Virus record (IMG/VR): IMGVR_UViG_647533160_000006
Location: 1 to 41,987 of that record
Strand: one strand, 5' to 3'
Length of the DNA: 41,987 bases
Source of the DNA: a virus
Lineage: Duplodnaviria; Heunggongvirae; Uroviricota; Caudoviricetes
Made by a program: the position numbers and the translations under genes. Positions 10,537 to 23,287 of the stretch are shown piece after piece (the stretch's first letter is position 1; each line of letters opens with the position of its first letter). The notes beneath the pieces were generated by a model. It searched no databases. It was given only the letters and a program-made list of their open reading frames with translations, and was not told the origin of the DNA.

Positions 10537-11229
10537 TTAAAACAACGAGCCAAGCAGACCAAGACCGCCGCCGATCGCAGCCCCCCACGGAGTGGATGAA
10601 CCAATTAATTTCGCAAGTCCAGCCCCAGCAATAGCACCAGACGCACCTCCGCCAATAGCAGATTGCATTGCTGATGGTCTGTTGGCATTTGCCGCTGCAA
10701 GAGCCGCACTTTGCTGAGAAATCTGACTCATGTTGTTGGCATATGTCTGCCCGGCGTTTGCCTGACCTTGCAGTGCGCCAAGACCAACATTTGCCAGATT
10801 CTGGTAGTTGTTCATCTGACCAGATAGCCATTGCTGACCAAGCGTTGGTGCGATTGTTGCTAACTGATTACTGGTTGCGGTGGAACCCAATCCACCTGTT
10901 GCTTCCGCTGCAGCCAGACTCTGATAGCGAGCCTGACCTGCAAGGTCTTTATACTGCTGAGAATTGTAATACTGGTTAAGTGCCTGACCTTGCCCCTCCA
11001 GAGACGATAAGTTCTCGAGGCTGCCGACATACTTCTCAGCCAGAGGAGTAAACGGCTTCAGGTTGTTCATGATGGTGTTGAACTGCTGATCTTGCTTGTC
11101 TGCTGCATACTTCTGAGCTTCTGCGGCATACTTTGCGCTTTTATCAGAGCTGCCACCTTTCCCGCCTTTTTCAGGGCAATAAGGTTCCTCGCCGCGCAGT
11201 TTTCTGCCCAGCTTAAATGCATATAACAT
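10537..11229 (-). CDS. Ejection protein, P22 gp7-like
   Basis: 230 aa, N-terminus MLYAFKLGRKLRGEEPYCPEKGGKGG; P22 gene order 14-7-20-16. Confidence 0.8.
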   Translation of the reverse strand: MLYAFKLGRKLRGEEPYCPEKGGKGGSSDKSAKYAAEAQKYAADKQDQQFNTIMNNLKPFTPLAEKYVGSLENLSSLEGQGQALNQYYNSQQYKDLAGQARYQSLAAAEATGGLGSTATSNQLATIAPTLGQQWLSGQMNNYQNLANVGLGALQGQANAGQTYANNMSQISQQSAALAAANANRPSAMQSAIGGGASGAIAGAGLAKLIGSSTPWGAAIGGGLGLLGSLF

Positions 11230-11231
11230 AG

Positions 11232-11690
11232 CTATCTCCCGTGATTCAGGAAGTCGATTAGTTCTTCGCGTGTGGCGCTGTAAAACGTCACGTCATCCAC
11301 GCCTTTGAAGTATTTCTTGATGGTTCCTACACGCTTAAGGCCAATCATTGCGCAGTACATCTGCCCGTGGCGGAATTTGCGTGCGGCGAACGATGTGACG
11401 CACTGAACGGTGGTGTTAGTCAGAATGTATCGCCAGAACGCCAGCCCAATTTCCTTGCTGAAGCCGCGAATCTCTGGCAGGTACATGGCGTGGCAATCGA
11501 ATGTCAGCGGCTGAATCTCCTGATAGTAAACAATGCCGCCGAACTGCCCGTGCACGTTCACCTCAAAGTAACGGCAATCAGGTTTGTAGTCGTATCCATC
11601 ACCGTTGTTGCTCCCGGCAATAATGTCAGGGTGATTTCCGACTGCTTCGATCAGGTCGATGTTTCGCGTTGGTTTGAACTGAATCATCAC
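11232..11690 (-). CDS. P22 gp14-like virion-assembly protein
   Basis: 152-aa ORF between tail needle and gp7 homologs, at the position of P22 gene 14. Confidence 0.65.
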   Translation of the reverse strand: MMIQFKPTRNIDLIEAVGNHPDIIAGSNNGDGYDYKPDCRYFEVNVHGQFGGIVYYQEIQPLTFDCHAMYLPEIRGFSKEIGLAFWRYILTNTTVQCVTSFAARKFRHGQMYCAMIGLKRVGTIKKYFKGVDDVTFYSATREELIDFLNHGR

Positions 11691-12535
11691 TGCTCCGCGA
11701 TTATCTTGATGGTTGTGGCAGTAAACGCCGCACCATTTGACTGGATGGTTAACGTACTGCCATTTGTGGCAAGAAAGCCGTCTTTATCCACGCTGAAGAA
11801 CGTAGCTAACAGGATGTTGTCGGTTGTTGTCGCCGCATTACGACTGCTGACCAGTGTGTCAGGAACAGAGCCGGAAAAGGTTAGCTGCATTGACCTGTTT
11901 GCGGTTCCGCTGGGCCACGTCCCGACGATCGACAGCTTGAAGAACAAGGTTTTGTTCTCGTTGAACACAACCATCTTGTTGTTAACGGTGTCGAAGAATG
12001 GTGCCAACGAGCCGGATGACGGCGTGAGCGTTTTCAGCAGGCTAACAAGGTTAGTCGGAGCTGTCGGGATGGTTACAGATACGCCAGAGTAAACAACCTC
12101 TGACTTCTTGCGAGTAGTGGCATACTCAAGAGCATCGATGCGCGTTTCATGGTCTGAAAGCGTGTTTTGAATGGCGGCAACTTCATCCGTCAGGTAATCA
12201 ATATCGTTTTCTGCTGTCGTTAATCGTGAATCAAGGCCGACTATCGCCGCTTCTGCGTTAGTGATCCTTGTTTCGTGGTCCTGTATCTTCGCTTCAGCCG
12301 ATGCCAGTCGAATTTCGTGATCGACCAGAATCACATCCTGCTCATCGTTCCTGACTTGTGCGTCATAAGCGCCCTGCCCGGCTTCGTTGGCCTTGTTCGC
12401 CACGTTACCAACATCAGTACCCTGTGCGATAACGTACAACAGATATGACTGCGAGAAGATATTGCGTGGAAGGACTGATGTGTCGAGTCGTGTAGCCTGA
12501 ATGATTACCGGCTCATTGAGATTCGAATCAGCCAT
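11687..12535 (-). CDS. Tail needle (P22 gp26-like N-terminus, longer C-terminus)
   Basis: N-terminus [43 protein letters not shown] matches recalled P22 gp26; 282 aa rather than 233, with an unrelated C-terminal ~90 aa, as in Sf6-type knob needles. Confidence 0.8.
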   Translation of the reverse strand: MADSNLNEPVIIQATRLDTSVLPRNIFSQSYLLYVIAQGTDVGNVANKANEAGQGAYDAQVRNDEQDVILVDHEIRLASAEAKIQDHETRITNAEAAIVGLDSRLTTAENDIDYLTDEVAAIQNTLSDHETRIDALEYATTRKKSEVVYSGVSVTIPTAPTNLVSLLKTLTPSSGSLAPFFDTVNNKMVVFNENKTLFFKLSIVGTWPSGTANRSMQLTFSGSVPDTLVSSRNAATTTDNILLATFFSVDKDGFLATNGSTLTIQSNGAAFTATTIKIIAEQ

Positions 12536-13953
12536 TACTCAATCCTTATCTGGCAGCCTGACAGAGTGACAGGTGACTTCGTGATAACGCGCAATTTGAA
12601 GCCGACATTTTTCCTGATGCGCCCGACTCGCTTCCACAAAACACGTTTGTCATAAACGAACGGTTCATTCTGCTCAATCATCTGCTCACGTCCGTAATTG
12701 ATGCCGTCAGTGGTTGCAGACAGAAACAGGCGGTCAGCGTACTGCGCAACACCCGTCGATGATTCCACCTCCAGATCAAAGCATCTGGCGTTATCTGCTT
12801 TGAAGAGTGGAGTAAACAGCAGGTGTTCCTGTTGCTTGTCGTACTGGCTGCTGATGTCGAATTGCAGTTTCCCGGTAACAGATTCCAGCTTATCGCCGCA
12901 CGTTATCTGATTGCCTTCGTAAATGAAGTCGATAGCGCGGTACACATCGTCATACAGGCCTGTTTTCAGTACACACCATTGCGGACCATTGGCGCTTGAA
13001 GATGCGTCGTACACCAGAACATGGCGCGGAAGATGGATAATCAGCAGCTCATGCGCATCAAATCGCAGAGACTCCATCACGCCATCAGCCAGTTCATCAG
13101 CAGTGTAGGAGCGGAGTATTTTCTCAATGCTCGCGCTGGCGATTGGTGATACCTGACCGGAGCCGATGATGTATACAGACGGCGCGCCTGTTGCCGGATT
13201 GCTGATAAACGCATAGGAATCAGCAAACGGAGTTTTGCAGTAAGTCCCGGCGATGCCTTTTTGCACCATCAGCGATGGCTGTGCGACATACAAAGCAGCA
13301 CCAACTGTGGTTGCACCAGTCAGGGAGAAATATTCAATCGTCGATGAACCAAAGCAGACGATGAAGTCTCGCCATGTTCCGATGCCGATAATACCGTCAG
13401 GCTGAGACTCGGCACGATATTGTGCACTGTATCGGTCAGGGTGCGATTCGTCTTCAAGGTCAGTGATAAACCATGAATCAGTTCCGTCTTTTGACCACGC
13501 ATAACGCCCACGTAAGCGCGTAATGTCGCGAACTGAACCTAACTCGTACTGTGTGAATCCGCTGTCTGTAGGCCAGTTTGAGACGGTTTTAACCGTGCCA
13601 TCATAGCGATACTCGACCAGTTGACCATTAACACCTACAGCCTGAGATGTCCGACCATGCGCCATTGATACGCGACCACTTCCGGCGACGTCACCGACTT
13701 CGCTTTCGCCTTTGTAAAGCTTCCCACCACACACGCGATAAACAGCATTCTGCGCCATGTTGTACTCGACTCCGCGCGATACACCGTTTACATCAGAGCG
13801 TTTGGCAATGCCCGGGAATGAGCGAAGATATCCGCTGCTGTTAAGGATTTCTTTGGGTGTAGCCAACATATTCACTGGTAGATAGTCGATATAGTCGGCA
13901 TTTCGGAAGTCTTTGCCGACACCTTTCATGAGCGGAAGTTGCTGAATCGGCAT
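12535..13953 (-). CDS. Tail accessory / head completion protein, P22 gp10-like
   Basis: 472 aa (P22 gp10 is 472 aa), position between gp4 and needle. Confidence 0.8.
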   Translation of the reverse strand: MPIQQLPLMKGVGKDFRNADYIDYLPVNMLATPKEILNSSGYLRSFPGIAKRSDVNGVSRGVEYNMAQNAVYRVCGGKLYKGESEVGDVAGSGRVSMAHGRTSQAVGVNGQLVEYRYDGTVKTVSNWPTDSGFTQYELGSVRDITRLRGRYAWSKDGTDSWFITDLEDESHPDRYSAQYRAESQPDGIIGIGTWRDFIVCFGSSTIEYFSLTGATTVGAALYVAQPSLMVQKGIAGTYCKTPFADSYAFISNPATGAPSVYIIGSGQVSPIASASIEKILRSYTADELADGVMESLRFDAHELLIIHLPRHVLVYDASSSANGPQWCVLKTGLYDDVYRAIDFIYEGNQITCGDKLESVTGKLQFDISSQYDKQQEHLLFTPLFKADNARCFDLEVESSTGVAQYADRLFLSATTDGINYGREQMIEQNEPFVYDKRVLWKRVGRIRKNVGFKLRVITKSPVTLSGCQIRIE

Positions 13954-14430
13954 TATTCGCTCCCGTTATCGCAAGGTTCCTTTCGGTGGAAGTAATTCCA
14001 ACCGTTCCACTTCGCCAACTGGTTACCGCTACCAACAGGCATACGGTTTGGATAACCGGACTTACATTTAGCGGCTTTTGCTCTGTCCATTGCAGACAGT
14101 TTGACGAGTCGCTCTTTCCCGTATCTGGCAGTGGTTATAAGTTTTGCAGGCGCTTCCAGCGCATAATCCGGTGCAATGCGGCAGGCAAGGTTGAAAATGA
14201 CAGCATTGATAGCGTTATTTGATAAACCGTGCTCATCGCCAGGATCTGGAGCGACATCTGCATCAGCAAAAATGTAGCCAACGTTGATACCAGGTGACAC
14301 ATCACCGCCAAGCCATTCAGCCATCATCATTTCAAGGTCATTGACGCCGTCTTCCATGGACTGCGGTTCGACATCGGTTAACGTGGCATTTGATGCCACA
14401 CCGAGCTTACGTAATGCCGCAAGGACTAAA

Positions 14431-14453
<23 letters not shown>
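13953..14453 (-). CDS. Head completion / tail adaptor protein, P22 gp4-like
   Basis: From internal Met [33 protein letters not shown], matching recalled P22 gp4; the track ORF is extended upstream through the repeat. Confidence 0.8.
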
Positions 14454-14691
<238 letters not shown>

Positions 14692-14708
14692 GCTTGTCTC
14701 CAGATAAA

Positions 14709-14730
14709 AAAGGGAGCCGAAGCTCCCTTT
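14709..14730 (-). terminator. Rho-independent terminator after coat gene
   Basis: Minus-strand read AAAGGGAGC-TTCG-GCTCCCTTT followed by TTTTATCT, immediately after the coat stop. Confidence 0.75.
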
Positions 14731-14735
14731 GGTTA

Positions 14736-16031
14736 TCACGCGGTCTGGTTAGGCAGACCAACACCAATTGCCTCTGGTCGTACAGCACATGCTGAATACC
14801 ACACAGCAATACGGCACTTACCAGACAGAGTGTTGATATCACCCTGCGTTGCGAAGATGCCGTTAACACCAATACCAGGAATGCTGAAGGAAGACGTTTT
14901 CATGCCAGCAAACAGTTCATGGGTTACCGGGATCGGCTGAGATAGCAGGCGGATTGAGTCATCAGCCCAGAACACGTTAGCGGTGGTTGTTGCCACGTTC
15001 AGAACGTTTACCGGAGTGGTATCAGCAAGAGAGGTGTTTACGTTAGCGTAAGCCTTCTCTTCTTTTGTCAGTGACGCGTCATCCAGTGCAATCGGCTTCG
15101 GCGTGATTTCGATGTGAGTACCATCGATCACACGGGTGATTGAGAAAGTAGCATCATCAGTCAGCACGTTCTTCGCCATCTGAGACAGGAATTTCACACC
15201 AGTGAAGCTGATTTTGTCGCCGCGCTTAAACCCGGTGGTGGAGGATACGGTCACCGTTGCAACACGGTTGTCGACGTTCTCTTTGTTACCATCGGTATCA
15301 AGAGTGTATGCCTGCGGCTTAAACTTCTGCGCACCAGAAACAGTTACACCAGTAGCGGTTGACTTGGTAACTGCCGGAAGTTTCGGTGAGCGAAGAATTT
15401 CATCAAAGCCAGCAATCTGACGCTGAATAGTACCGTTGCGATACGCTTCTTCAGGAACGCGACCGAAGATGTCACCATCTACCAGGTTGCGGCCTGCTTT
15501 GCGGTAATCGTCAGGGTTCAGGAAGTAACTGATGCCCATATCGCGGTTTAGCTCACGGGAGAACATCAGGCGCTCTGCATCAGACACAAAATCCCAGCCA
15601 GACAGGCCAGTAGATGGACCAATTGCGCGGGTATCGTGAACAACAAGCGAGCCCATTTCAGTTGCCTGTTTGGCAATTGCTGACTCAATGTTATTCGCCA
15701 GTTTTTTGGCGGATGCCTGGATGCGGCGACGGTAAGAACGCTCATCACGCAGGTCATCTGCACGAAGCTCGAAGAAATCGTTATCCGGATCGCCCATGTT
15801 GCATTTCACGGAGAGTTCCAGAATCCCGGTTGCGTTGCCAGTTAAATCCCAGCCAGTCTGGGTTGGCGCTTCCTGCTCAACAGGCATCCACACGGTGTTG
15901 CTTGAACGCTGCATGGATTCTGCCGGAGGGGTGTATTTTGTCACTTTGGACGCCATTGGCGTCAGGTTCTGGACGGTTTCGATGATTTCATCCAGAGCAT
16001 ACGTGACCAGTTGACCTTCATTTAATGCCAT
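14736..16031 (-). CDS. Major coat protein (P22 gp5-like)
   Basis: 431-aa product [27 protein letters not shown]... collinear with recalled P22 coat protein. Confidence 0.9.
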   Translation of the reverse strand: MALNEGQLVTYALDEIIETVQNLTPMASKVTKYTPPAESMQRSSNTVWMPVEQEAPTQTGWDLTGNATGILELSVKCNMGDPDNDFFELRADDLRDERSYRRRIQASAKKLANNIESAIAKQATEMGSLVVHDTRAIGPSTGLSGWDFVSDAERLMFSRELNRDMGISYFLNPDDYRKAGRNLVDGDIFGRVPEEAYRNGTIQRQIAGFDEILRSPKLPAVTKSTATGVTVSGAQKFKPQAYTLDTDGNKENVDNRVATVTVSSTTGFKRGDKISFTGVKFLSQMAKNVLTDDATFSITRVIDGTHIEITPKPIALDDASLTKEEKAYANVNTSLADTTPVNVLNVATTTANVFWADDSIRLLSQPIPVTHELFAGMKTSSFSIPGIGVNGIFATQGDINTLSGKCRIAVWYSACAVRPEAIGVGLPNQTA

Positions 16032-16942
16032 TATCGAATTCCTTTATTCAGTTGCGCCTTGAGCTTGCGGTATGTCTCTACATCCCCTTTGTTTGCTGCC
16101 GCTTCCATCTGCTTTTCAATCGCAGATATATTTGCAGCAACAGCGTGTCCATGAATGGGTTCATCAGGTAGCGGGGCTTCTGAAACAGGTTTGGCTCGAG
16201 GCTTGAGAGTTAAACGTTCTGACAGTCGAGTGAGTTCAATCAGCGCGGATTGCCCGTCCATCGCCAGCAACTGGCGTGTTTTCTCAGGATTAGCACCAAG
16301 GTGATACATGAGAGCAGCGGATTTCTCCGGGAAGAGGCGCATGATGTCGGCACCGACTGCTGGCGGCACCAGTTGCATGAATGCATCCTCTTTCTCCTGA
16401 TAGTCAGGGATATTGAGCTTTTCCGCTGCGTCGTAGTGCTTACGGGCTGCCTCGACGTATTGCGCTGATTGCTGGGTGAACTCCTGAGTTTTGCGACCCT
16501 GCTCGGCGACAGCCTGGCTTCGTGCGTCCATAGCCTTGATCTGCCATTCACTGTTTGCCTGCTGGAAGGCAGCCAGTGCGCGGCTCTGGTCATAGTCGTA
16601 CTTAGCCAGTGCATCTTCGGAAAGATAATCGTTAGGGTCTGGTTGTTTTGGTAACTCAGGGTTCACCCGCAGGTGCTCCGGCAACTCTCCACGCTTAACC
16701 GCTTCCATCTGCTGCTCAAGCTCACGCTGGCGTTTGCGTTCTATGCGGCGACGGGCAAATTCAGCATTAGTTGCCGGGTCTTGTTTTGGTTTCTCATCGT
16801 CTTTCAGGACAATCTCGAAGCCTTCTTCCTGACCTGCGTTGTCGTTGGCATTATCGACAACTAAGCCATCAGCAGATGCCGCTGCATGATTGCCGGGCAG
16901 GGTTAATTCTTCAGAAGCCTGAATGTCGGTGGTTTGTTCCAT
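16031..16942 (-). CDS. Scaffolding protein (P22 gp8-like)
   Basis: 303 aa, highly charged helical composition, between portal and coat. Confidence 0.85.
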   Translation of the reverse strand: MEQTTDIQASEELTLPGNHAAASADGLVVDNANDNAGQEEGFEIVLKDDEKPKQDPATNAEFARRRIERKRQRELEQQMEAVKRGELPEHLRVNPELPKQPDPNDYLSEDALAKYDYDQSRALAAFQQANSEWQIKAMDARSQAVAEQGRKTQEFTQQSAQYVEAARKHYDAAEKLNIPDYQEKEDAFMQLVPPAVGADIMRLFPEKSAALMYHLGANPEKTRQLLAMDGQSALIELTRLSERLTLKPRAKPVSEAPLPDEPIHGHAVAANISAIEKQMEAAANKGDVETYRKLKAQLNKGIR

Positions 16943-16955
16943 GATTAACTCTCTC

Positions 16956-19121
16956 TTATTGAGGTGTCTCGGCTACTCCGCCGGAGGGGATTTGAACTTG
17001 ACGCATAAGATTCGCGAAATCCATGCGTTGTGAATGAGTCTGGTCTGCATCTTTAAGAAGCAGCTCAGCGTTAGCACGAGCATCTTTGCTGCGCTGTTGC
17101 TGGAATTGACCTACGAGCTTGAGGTACTCACGCAGTTCTGCCTGCTTGTCGAGATCCATATTGTTGAAGATTTCCGCAATCTTCGCCGCGTTGAGTTGGT
17201 TTTGTGCTTCAACCTTGGCAGCTTCAACCTGAATCTGCGCCTGTTGGTTCTCTGCCTTGATCAATTCAGCCTGACCTTGCAGAAGGATACCCTGCGCCTG
17301 AATTTGCTCTGCTGATGGCTGCTGCGGCTGTTGTTGTGCCTGCTGTACCATCTCCATCTCTTCAGGTGTTTCTGGTTTCTTCAGCCCCATCATCACCAGT
17401 TGCTTGTTAGCGTACTCTCGCATCATCTCGACGCCTTTACCGTCAAGCAGCGTGAAGTATTGCAGCATCAGCATCTGGAACTCTGGAGTACCTTGCGGAA
17501 CCTTAGTGAGCAATTCCTGAATCTCTGCGCGGTTCTGTTCCTTCATGCTCTGGAAGGATGGCCCAACGTCCGTATAGCACTCATAGCGACCGCGAATGTC
17601 GTTGAGTGTGACCACATTACCGGACTGGTAATCTACAACTTGTGCGTAGAGTTGAACGTCTTTCTCGCTTCCATCTTCAAGTGTCAGCGTTACATGACGA
17701 GGAACGTCATAAATATCGTTGACCATTGAGGCATAAATCTCGCCATCACGTCGCATTGCGGTAGCCAGGTTATCCTGAAACACGTATGTCTCAAGGTCTG
17801 CCCGCATGTTCAGTTGATTGACGGTATCGAAAGCGACCTGAGAGTTTGCTGCCTGCGCATCCACACCAAGACTAGCCACCTCTTTCACTGCGTTGGTGGC
17901 AGCCTCAAGCATGTAAGCGTTGGCTTGCGGCACTTCAGGGTTTTCCATGTAGGAGATTGGACCAATCGGCAGGTCGTTACCGTTTTCATCGGTCCTGTTC
18001 TGCAGATAGTACGGATAGTCATCATTTCCACCGTACATGTATTCGTAGCCTTCGATTTGCTCAGGGAAGAAGGTCGGTTTCTTCTTCGGTGAACGAGCAA
18101 CAATATCGGCGTTGAATGACATGATCATGTTACGAAGGCGTTGACCGTCTTTCGTCAGCCTTACCACTCCTTCGTAGCACTCCTTGTCACCAGCGAATGA
18201 CCATTCGCCATACACTGGAACGATTGGAATATGCTCTCCGGCTATCTTCTCGCGGTCTTTCAGTATCTGCGTGCAGGTGATGATCGACTTATACACACGC
18301 CGACGCTTCACCTTGCGCTCTGCTACCTTAATGAATCCACGATTAGCCAGGTCGTCGATGACGTCTTTGATATCCTGCTGGTAATAGCTGACCGGCTCAC
18401 CTGTCAGCGGGTCGCGGTAGATGAAGACTTTCTCTTTCTTCTCTTCTACCTCGTAATACTCAGCGACGTAGACGACATCATTCGATACCCACGGAAACAG
18501 CCATGTATCGTTTGGATTCTGGAAAGATGGCAGCGTGTCAGGATCAATACCGTAATCCTCTGCGAACTCTTTCCAGCCATTGCGTGACAAGGCGTTAATC
18601 ACCGTGCAGTGCTTAGCGTCGCTCTTATCCATCTGCTTGCTGTTTGCGTCCCATATGACGTGTGAGCAGGCTTCATGAATTGGCAGGCGTCGAATTACCT
18701 GATTGTTGCTTGTTGGGTCGTTGTCTTCGTACTGCGTGACCAGACGCCATGCACCAACGCCGGACTCTATCTGCTCACGAACGCCAACGTTAACGGCAAT
18801 CTTTGCCGTGTTATGGCGCATATCAGTACGATACATCCCCATCAACACATCGGCTGCATCAGGATTAGCACCGTCTTTGGGTCTGAAGAGAACGTCGATA
18901 GGGTTCCGGCGCATCTCTGCGACCAGTTTCCTGACCACCGGGCGAACAACATCGAATTGTCCGCGATATTGCAGAGTCGTGTAGTTTGATAGCCAGTCAT
19001 CCCATTGCGACACTCGGCTAAAATACAGGTCATTTGTCGCCTCGGTTCTGGCTTCATCGCTCGCCATCCAGTCTGCGTCAAACTTACACAGAATGGAATT
19101 GAGTCTGTTTTCGTCGGCCAT
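16956..19121 (-). CDS. Portal protein (P22 gp1-like)
   Basis: 721 aa with Gln-rich C-terminal barrel-like tail; follows terminase large subunit. Confidence 0.85.
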   Translation of the reverse strand: MADENRLNSILCKFDADWMASDEARTEATNDLYFSRVSQWDDWLSNYTTLQYRGQFDVVRPVVRKLVAEMRRNPIDVLFRPKDGANPDAADVLMGMYRTDMRHNTAKIAVNVGVREQIESGVGAWRLVTQYEDNDPTSNNQVIRRLPIHEACSHVIWDANSKQMDKSDAKHCTVINALSRNGWKEFAEDYGIDPDTLPSFQNPNDTWLFPWVSNDVVYVAEYYEVEEKKEKVFIYRDPLTGEPVSYYQQDIKDVIDDLANRGFIKVAERKVKRRRVYKSIITCTQILKDREKIAGEHIPIVPVYGEWSFAGDKECYEGVVRLTKDGQRLRNMIMSFNADIVARSPKKKPTFFPEQIEGYEYMYGGNDDYPYYLQNRTDENGNDLPIGPISYMENPEVPQANAYMLEAATNAVKEVASLGVDAQAANSQVAFDTVNQLNMRADLETYVFQDNLATAMRRDGEIYASMVNDIYDVPRHVTLTLEDGSEKDVQLYAQVVDYQSGNVVTLNDIRGRYECYTDVGPSFQSMKEQNRAEIQELLTKVPQGTPEFQMLMLQYFTLLDGKGVEMMREYANKQLVMMGLKKPETPEEMEMVQQAQQQPQQPSAEQIQAQGILLQGQAELIKAENQQAQIQVEAAKVEAQNQLNAAKIAEIFNNMDLDKQAELREYLKLVGQFQQQRSKDARANAELLLKDADQTHSQRMDFANLMRQVQIPSGGVAETPQ

Positions 19122-20621
19122 TTAAGTTCTCCGTGCGATGGGCCTGATTGGGGCTGGTATCTTTTTCTCTTTTGGTTTTTTGATGTCGCGCATCATTTTT
19201 GCGAAGCGGCGCATCATGTATGCATAGCGAACGGCGGATAGCACGTCGTCGTTAAGCTTGACGATTTTCCCGTTTTCATCACGGTGATAGAGGCGGAACT
19301 CCTCAAAGAATGGCTCACAGGTGTTGAATACTTTGAAGCGACCATCGAGCATCATGTCGCGCAATTCAGTGATTCCAGGCTCAACAGCATTACCGCCATC
19401 AGGCCATGTCGCATGCTCCTGCAACATCATAAATCCAGCGTCCGCATACTGCCCTTTGAGCTGCTCACCGCCGCCCTTCTCGTGCTGGTTTCCGTCATGG
19501 GGCCATGCGGTTGGCACTTTATGCGCCCATGGTTTAACGGCTCCCCACGCCTGAACAGCTGTCTTTTCTTTCGCCTTCCACACGCGTGAAAGGTAGATTA
19601 TGTCTGCGTCCTTATCCCACCAAAGCTGAACCTGCGCCTGCGGGTGATCCCATCCGAAATCCATACCGCCAATTACGTAGAAGTGATCAGGACACTCGAA
19701 CGGCTGACACTTAATCGTCTCTTCCGGTATCTGGAAGATTCGACCGCTACCCATCGTAGGAATACCGCGAGCACGCGCCTCTCTCTCATGCTCAGGATAG
19801 GATGCGATGATTTGCTCTTTCTGCTCGTCGGTGTAGTGCTCAGCGTCATAGATGGTCATGTTGACCACTTTCTGCGACTTGCTGGGATTCTTCAGGAACT
19901 TGGTAACAACGTCAGACATCCCCATCAGAGGGGTAAACGTCAGAATTGAGAATTGCCCGTATTTGTTGGTACGGGTAAGCCCTTCGCCATAAATGCTGTA
20001 TGGTGGTTCTTCGTCAAACCACACGCCGTGGATTGTGTCACCCTGCCAGCGAGCGCGGCCTTGCGAGTATGGTTTGAAGTAGCAGATTGAAATGCCATCT
20101 TCAACGCCATCAGCCGTGTGATGCTTAACCAGAAGGTGATCAACAAGGTTCGGAAAGAAAGGAGACTTCTTCCAGCTAATGATGTCCTCTTTCGGTATGG
20201 AGCCGTAGCCAGGCTCATCATTCTCTTCGATACGACCGCACAGGATGCGTTGAGTCGTTTTGGTTACAGTCTCGTTTGTCTCTCCACCAATCCAGAAGAC
20301 AACAGGCTCATAGAAACGCTTACCTTTCCACTCACCGCCATATTTACCATCAGCAGGATAGCCTTTTGTTCCCGGATAACGCCCGGTAAGGTGAAACGCG
20401 ACTTCAGCAGCACCAGTAAATGACTTACCAAGCTGGTTACCAGCCATAAAACAGCGCTCTGGATAGTCATGCCCGGCGTCGATGAACTCACGCTGTTTGC
20501 TGTATGGCGTAAATTCATATAGCAGGTGTGTGTTCCGGTAGTTCTCTTCTTCTTCGAGTAGCTCGAGCAATTCTATTTGCTCTTCGTCGCTCAGGTTATC
20601 AAGAATCGCGTCCAGTTCCAC
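19122..20621 (-). CDS. Terminase large subunit (P22 gp2-like)
   Basis: 499 aa, ATPase motif region GNQLGKS, same length as P22 gp2. Confidence 0.85.
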   Translation of the reverse strand: MELDAILDNLSDEEQIELLELLEEEENYRNTHLLYEFTPYSKQREFIDAGHDYPERCFMAGNQLGKSFTGAAEVAFHLTGRYPGTKGYPADGKYGGEWKGKRFYEPVVFWIGGETNETVTKTTQRILCGRIEENDEPGYGSIPKEDIISWKKSPFFPNLVDHLLVKHHTADGVEDGISICYFKPYSQGRARWQGDTIHGVWFDEEPPYSIYGEGLTRTNKYGQFSILTFTPLMGMSDVVTKFLKNPSKSQKVVNMTIYDAEHYTDEQKEQIIASYPEHEREARARGIPTMGSGRIFQIPEETIKCQPFECPDHFYVIGGMDFGWDHPQAQVQLWWDKDADIIYLSRVWKAKEKTAVQAWGAVKPWAHKVPTAWPHDGNQHEKGGGEQLKGQYADAGFMMLQEHATWPDGGNAVEPGITELRDMMLDGRFKVFNTCEPFFEEFRLYHRDENGKIVKLNDDVLSAVRYAYMMRRFAKMMRDIKKPKEKKIPAPIRPIARRT

Positions 20622-21093
20622 GGTTGAATAGCTCCTTGATACGAGAGCGCCGCTTATCGCGATCTCCCTTATCAGGTGTCACGTCTTCAACTTGCGACTG
20701 CTCTTTGAGGCCCAAATCACGGGCGATGATGTTAGCGTTGAGAAGGTCAGCGGCTGCGCCAGAGAATTTCTGGTCGTAGATGACCTGTTCTGCTCGCGTA
20801 ACGACTTCAGATAAATCTTCTCGCAGGCGATATGTGCGCCATGTTTCAAGCGTCACATCAATAAACAGAGTGAGGCCGGTAATGGTCATCGCTCGCATCT
20901 TGGCGATAGGCTCTTGTATCACTTCACCCTGATACGAGAACGCCTTCATCTCCCATAGCGGGTTAGCTTCAACCCACTCGAAGTATTCACAACAAGCAGC
21001 CCACAGCGCCTCGGGCGATTCGAATTTAGGATTTCGCCCATGACTACTGCGGGCCTCCCAAAATCGGTTGCCCTTTGGTGCTGCCATATTCAT
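20599..21093 (-). CDS. Terminase small subunit (P22 gp3-like)
   Basis: 164 aa directly upstream of and overlapping the large terminase gene. Confidence 0.75.
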   Translation of the reverse strand: MNMAAPKGNRFWEARSSHGRNPKFESPEALWAACCEYFEWVEANPLWEMKAFSYQGEVIQEPIAKMRAMTITGLTLFIDVTLETWRTYRLREDLSEVVTRAEQVIYDQKFSGAAADLLNANIIARDLGLKEQSQVEDVTPDKGDRDKRRSRIKELFNRGTGRDS

Positions 21094-21291
21094 CTCACTT
21101 AGTTGTTATTTCAGGCTGAGGACTCTTTCGCGCCTTCAATCAGTGACTGCTTCAGCAATTCGAGTGTGCCAATCGCCTCGCATAAACTGATTTCACCATC
21201 GTAATCATGGATGACGCTTTCCAGCCTCTCGTATAGCTCTTGAGTAATTGGGAATTTCTTCTCCTTACCCAAATTGATTACGCGGCTCACA

Positions 21292-21534
21292 TCATGCTCC
21301 GGTAGTGAACAGGTCTAACGCTTCCTTCGATTTACGTACCGCTTCGATTGTGCGGGTCGTGATATCTGAATTAGCGCCACCTGACTGGAAGTGAATTTTG
21401 AATAGCTCAAGCTTCAGCTCGTCAGTGCCAATGAATTGAAATGCTTCTTCTGCGGCTGCGTTCTGGTTCATGACCAGCTTGTAAATCTCTAACTGGAATT
21501 TCTGTTCTTCAGTCATGGGAATAATCTCTGCCAT
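21292..21534 (-). CDS. Hypothetical small protein upstream of terminase
   Basis: 80-aa ORF with ACGGAG RBS; family not recognised. Confidence 0.5.
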   Translation of the reverse strand: MAEIIPMTEEQKFQLEIYKLVMNQNAAAEEAFQFIGTDELKLELFKIHFQSGGANSDITTRTIEAVRKSKEALDLFTTGA

Positions 21535-22039
21535 TGTTGGCTCCGTTTATCCGTTAAAAGGGATATCAGTTAAGTTATCCCGTGTAGGGTATAAGCCATT
21601 GTCGAGACCACTCATTGAATGGTCTCTGCAATAACCGATGTCTTTCCATCAGTCCGCCACCACAAATAATCTTTTTTGCCATAAGGCAGGAGGTTCATCT
21701 TTCAGTGGCTGCCAGTGTTATTTCCCCACTTACTGGCTTGGGTTGTTTCGCGGTATTGCCGCAACTGGTGGTGCACAGATTTAGTTAAATCTGTTCTCAC
21801 CTGAACTATCTTTTACATACCCGGATTGTGGGGATGTAAATCACGGTTTCATTATCAAGCCCACCCGTAGATAGGCTTTGTAATGAACTGGCTCTTATCT
21901 CAACGCAGCCCCTTACCGCGCGCAAGATGCTCAATATCAAGCATCAGCAATGAGATGTTTAATCTGGATTCACTCCAGAAGTGAGCACCACCCTGTCTAC
22001 AGAGCCAGATGTGAAGGATGATGAGTAAAATTATCGCTA

Positions 22040-22507
22040 TCATCGAAGGCATTGCGTCCTGATGTATTCCTGAAGCGTTCTCAGTGCTGTTTGGTCGCGG
22101 ATAATTCCGTCCCGGATACCGAGAACGTTTCGTCCAGCAACTGGAGAGAGTTCGACGGTGGCATCATTGCCCATGCCGGAGGCGCTGGAGGTTTCGGCTG
22201 AGGATGGCACAGGGCATTTTCCTTTGACGAGCACCCTGCCACCATTATCAAGCTTGCGCCGAAGAGCATCATTTTCAGCTTTCGCATCAGCTAACTCCTT
22301 CGTGTATTTAGCATCGAGTGCATCAGCATCGCGCTGGCGCTGCTGCATGTCAGTAATGGTGGCAGTCGCCTGCTTCAGCTCTCTGACTTTTTTATCGCGC
22401 TGCTCCTTGTAGGCGATGGCGTTATCACGGTAATGATTAACAACCCACGACAGGCAGACGATGATGCAGATAACCAGAGCGGAGATAATCGCGGTGACTC
22501 TGCTCAT
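22040..22507 (-). CDS. Rz: Spanin, inner membrane subunit Rz
   Basis: [21 protein letters not shown]... matches recalled lambda Rz; start overlaps the endolysin stop (ATGA). Confidence 0.9.
   Translation of the reverse strand: MSRVTAIISALVICIIVCLSWVVNHYRDNAIAYKEQRDKKVRELKQATATITDMQQRQRDADALDAKYTKELADAKAENDALRRKLDNGGRVLVKGKCPVPSSAETSSASGMGNDATVELSPVAGRNVLGIRDGIIRDQTALRTLQEYIRTQCLR
22081..22287 (-). CDS. Rz1: Spanin, outer membrane lipoprotein subunit Rz1 (embedded in Rz)
   Basis: Embedded +1-frame [24 protein letters not shown] with lipobox and Pro-rich segment PPAPPAW. Confidence 0.75.
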   Translation of the reverse strand: MRKLKMMLFGASLIMVAGCSSKENALCHPQPKPPAPPAWAMMPPSNSLQLLDETFSVSGTELSATKQH

Positions 22508-22980
22508 ACCTCAATCTCTCTGACCGTTCCGCCTGCTTCTTTGAATTTTGCAATCAGGTTGTCAGCCTTATGCTCGAACTGACCATAACCAGCGCCCGGC
22601 AGTGAAGCCCAGATATTGCTGCAACGGTCGATTGCCTGACGGATGTCACCGCGATCAATCATCGGTAAAGCGCCACGCTCTTTAATCTGTTGCAATGCCA
22701 CAGCATCCTGGCTTTTCGGAGAGAAGTCTTTCAGGCCAAGCTGCTTACGATAGGCATCCCACCAACGGGAAAGAAGCTGGTAGCGTCCGGCGGCTGTTGA
22801 TTTGAGTTTGGGGTTTAGCGTGACAAGTTTACGAGGGTGATCGGAGTAATCAGTGAATAGCTCACCACCTACAATGACGTCATAACCATGATTTCTGGTT
22901 TTCTGACGTCCGTTATCAGTTCCCTCTGACCACGCCAGCATATCGAGGAACGCCTTACGTTGATTATTGATTTCCACCAT
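22504..22980 (-). CDS. R: Endolysin R (lambda-type lytic transglycosylase)
   Basis: 158-aa [39 protein letters not shown]... matches recalled lambda R. Confidence 0.9.
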   Translation of the reverse strand: MVEINNQRKAFLDMLAWSEGTDNGRQKTRNHGYDVIVGGELFTDYSDHPRKLVTLNPKLKSTAAGRYQLLSRWWDAYRKQLGLKDFSPKSQDAVALQQIKERGALPMIDRGDIRQAIDRCSNIWASLPGAGYGQFEHKADNLIAKFKEAGGTVREIEV

Positions 22981-23287
22981 CTTCTACTCCGGCTTTTTTA
23001 GCAGCGAAGCGTTTGATAAGCGAACCAATCGAGTCAGTACCGATGTAGCCGATGAACACGCTCGTTATATAAGCGAGATTGCTACTTAGTCCGGCGAAGT
23101 CGAGAAGGTCACGAATGAACCAGGCGATAATGGCACACATCGTTGCGTCGATTACTGTTTTTGTAAACGCACCGCCATTGTATCTGCCGCGAAGGTACGC
23201 CATTGCAAACGCAAGGATTGCCCCGATGCCTTGTTCCTTTGCCGCGAGAATGGCGGCTAACAGGTCATGTTTTTCTGGCATCTTCAT
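22964..23287 (-). CDS. S: Holin S (class I, lambda S107-like)
   Basis: 107-aa [39 protein letters not shown]... with dual-start motif, matches recalled lambda S. Confidence 0.9.
   Translation of the reverse strand: MKMPEKHDLLAAILAAKEQGIGAILAFAMAYLRGRYNGGAFTKTVIDATMCAIIAWFIRDLLDFAGLSSNLAYITSVFIGYIGTDSIGSLIKRFAAKKAGVEDGGNQ

Noticed and set aside
17034-18587. Several plus-strand ORFs (e.g. 17034-17315, 17331-17729, 18231-18587) inside the portal gene.
   Set aside because: Antisense to a strongly supported structural gene, low-complexity Leu/Cys-rich translations, no RBS; treated as frame artefacts. The same applies to antisense ORFs inside gp16, gp20, coat, terminase and the primase-helicase (e.g. 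28850-29584).
21111-21290. 59-aa GTG-initiated ORF between the 80-aa ORF and the small terminase.
   Set aside because: Below the track threshold, GTG start with a marginal RBS and no recognisable family; I did not promote it to a feature, although real small genes do occur at this position in P22-like phages.
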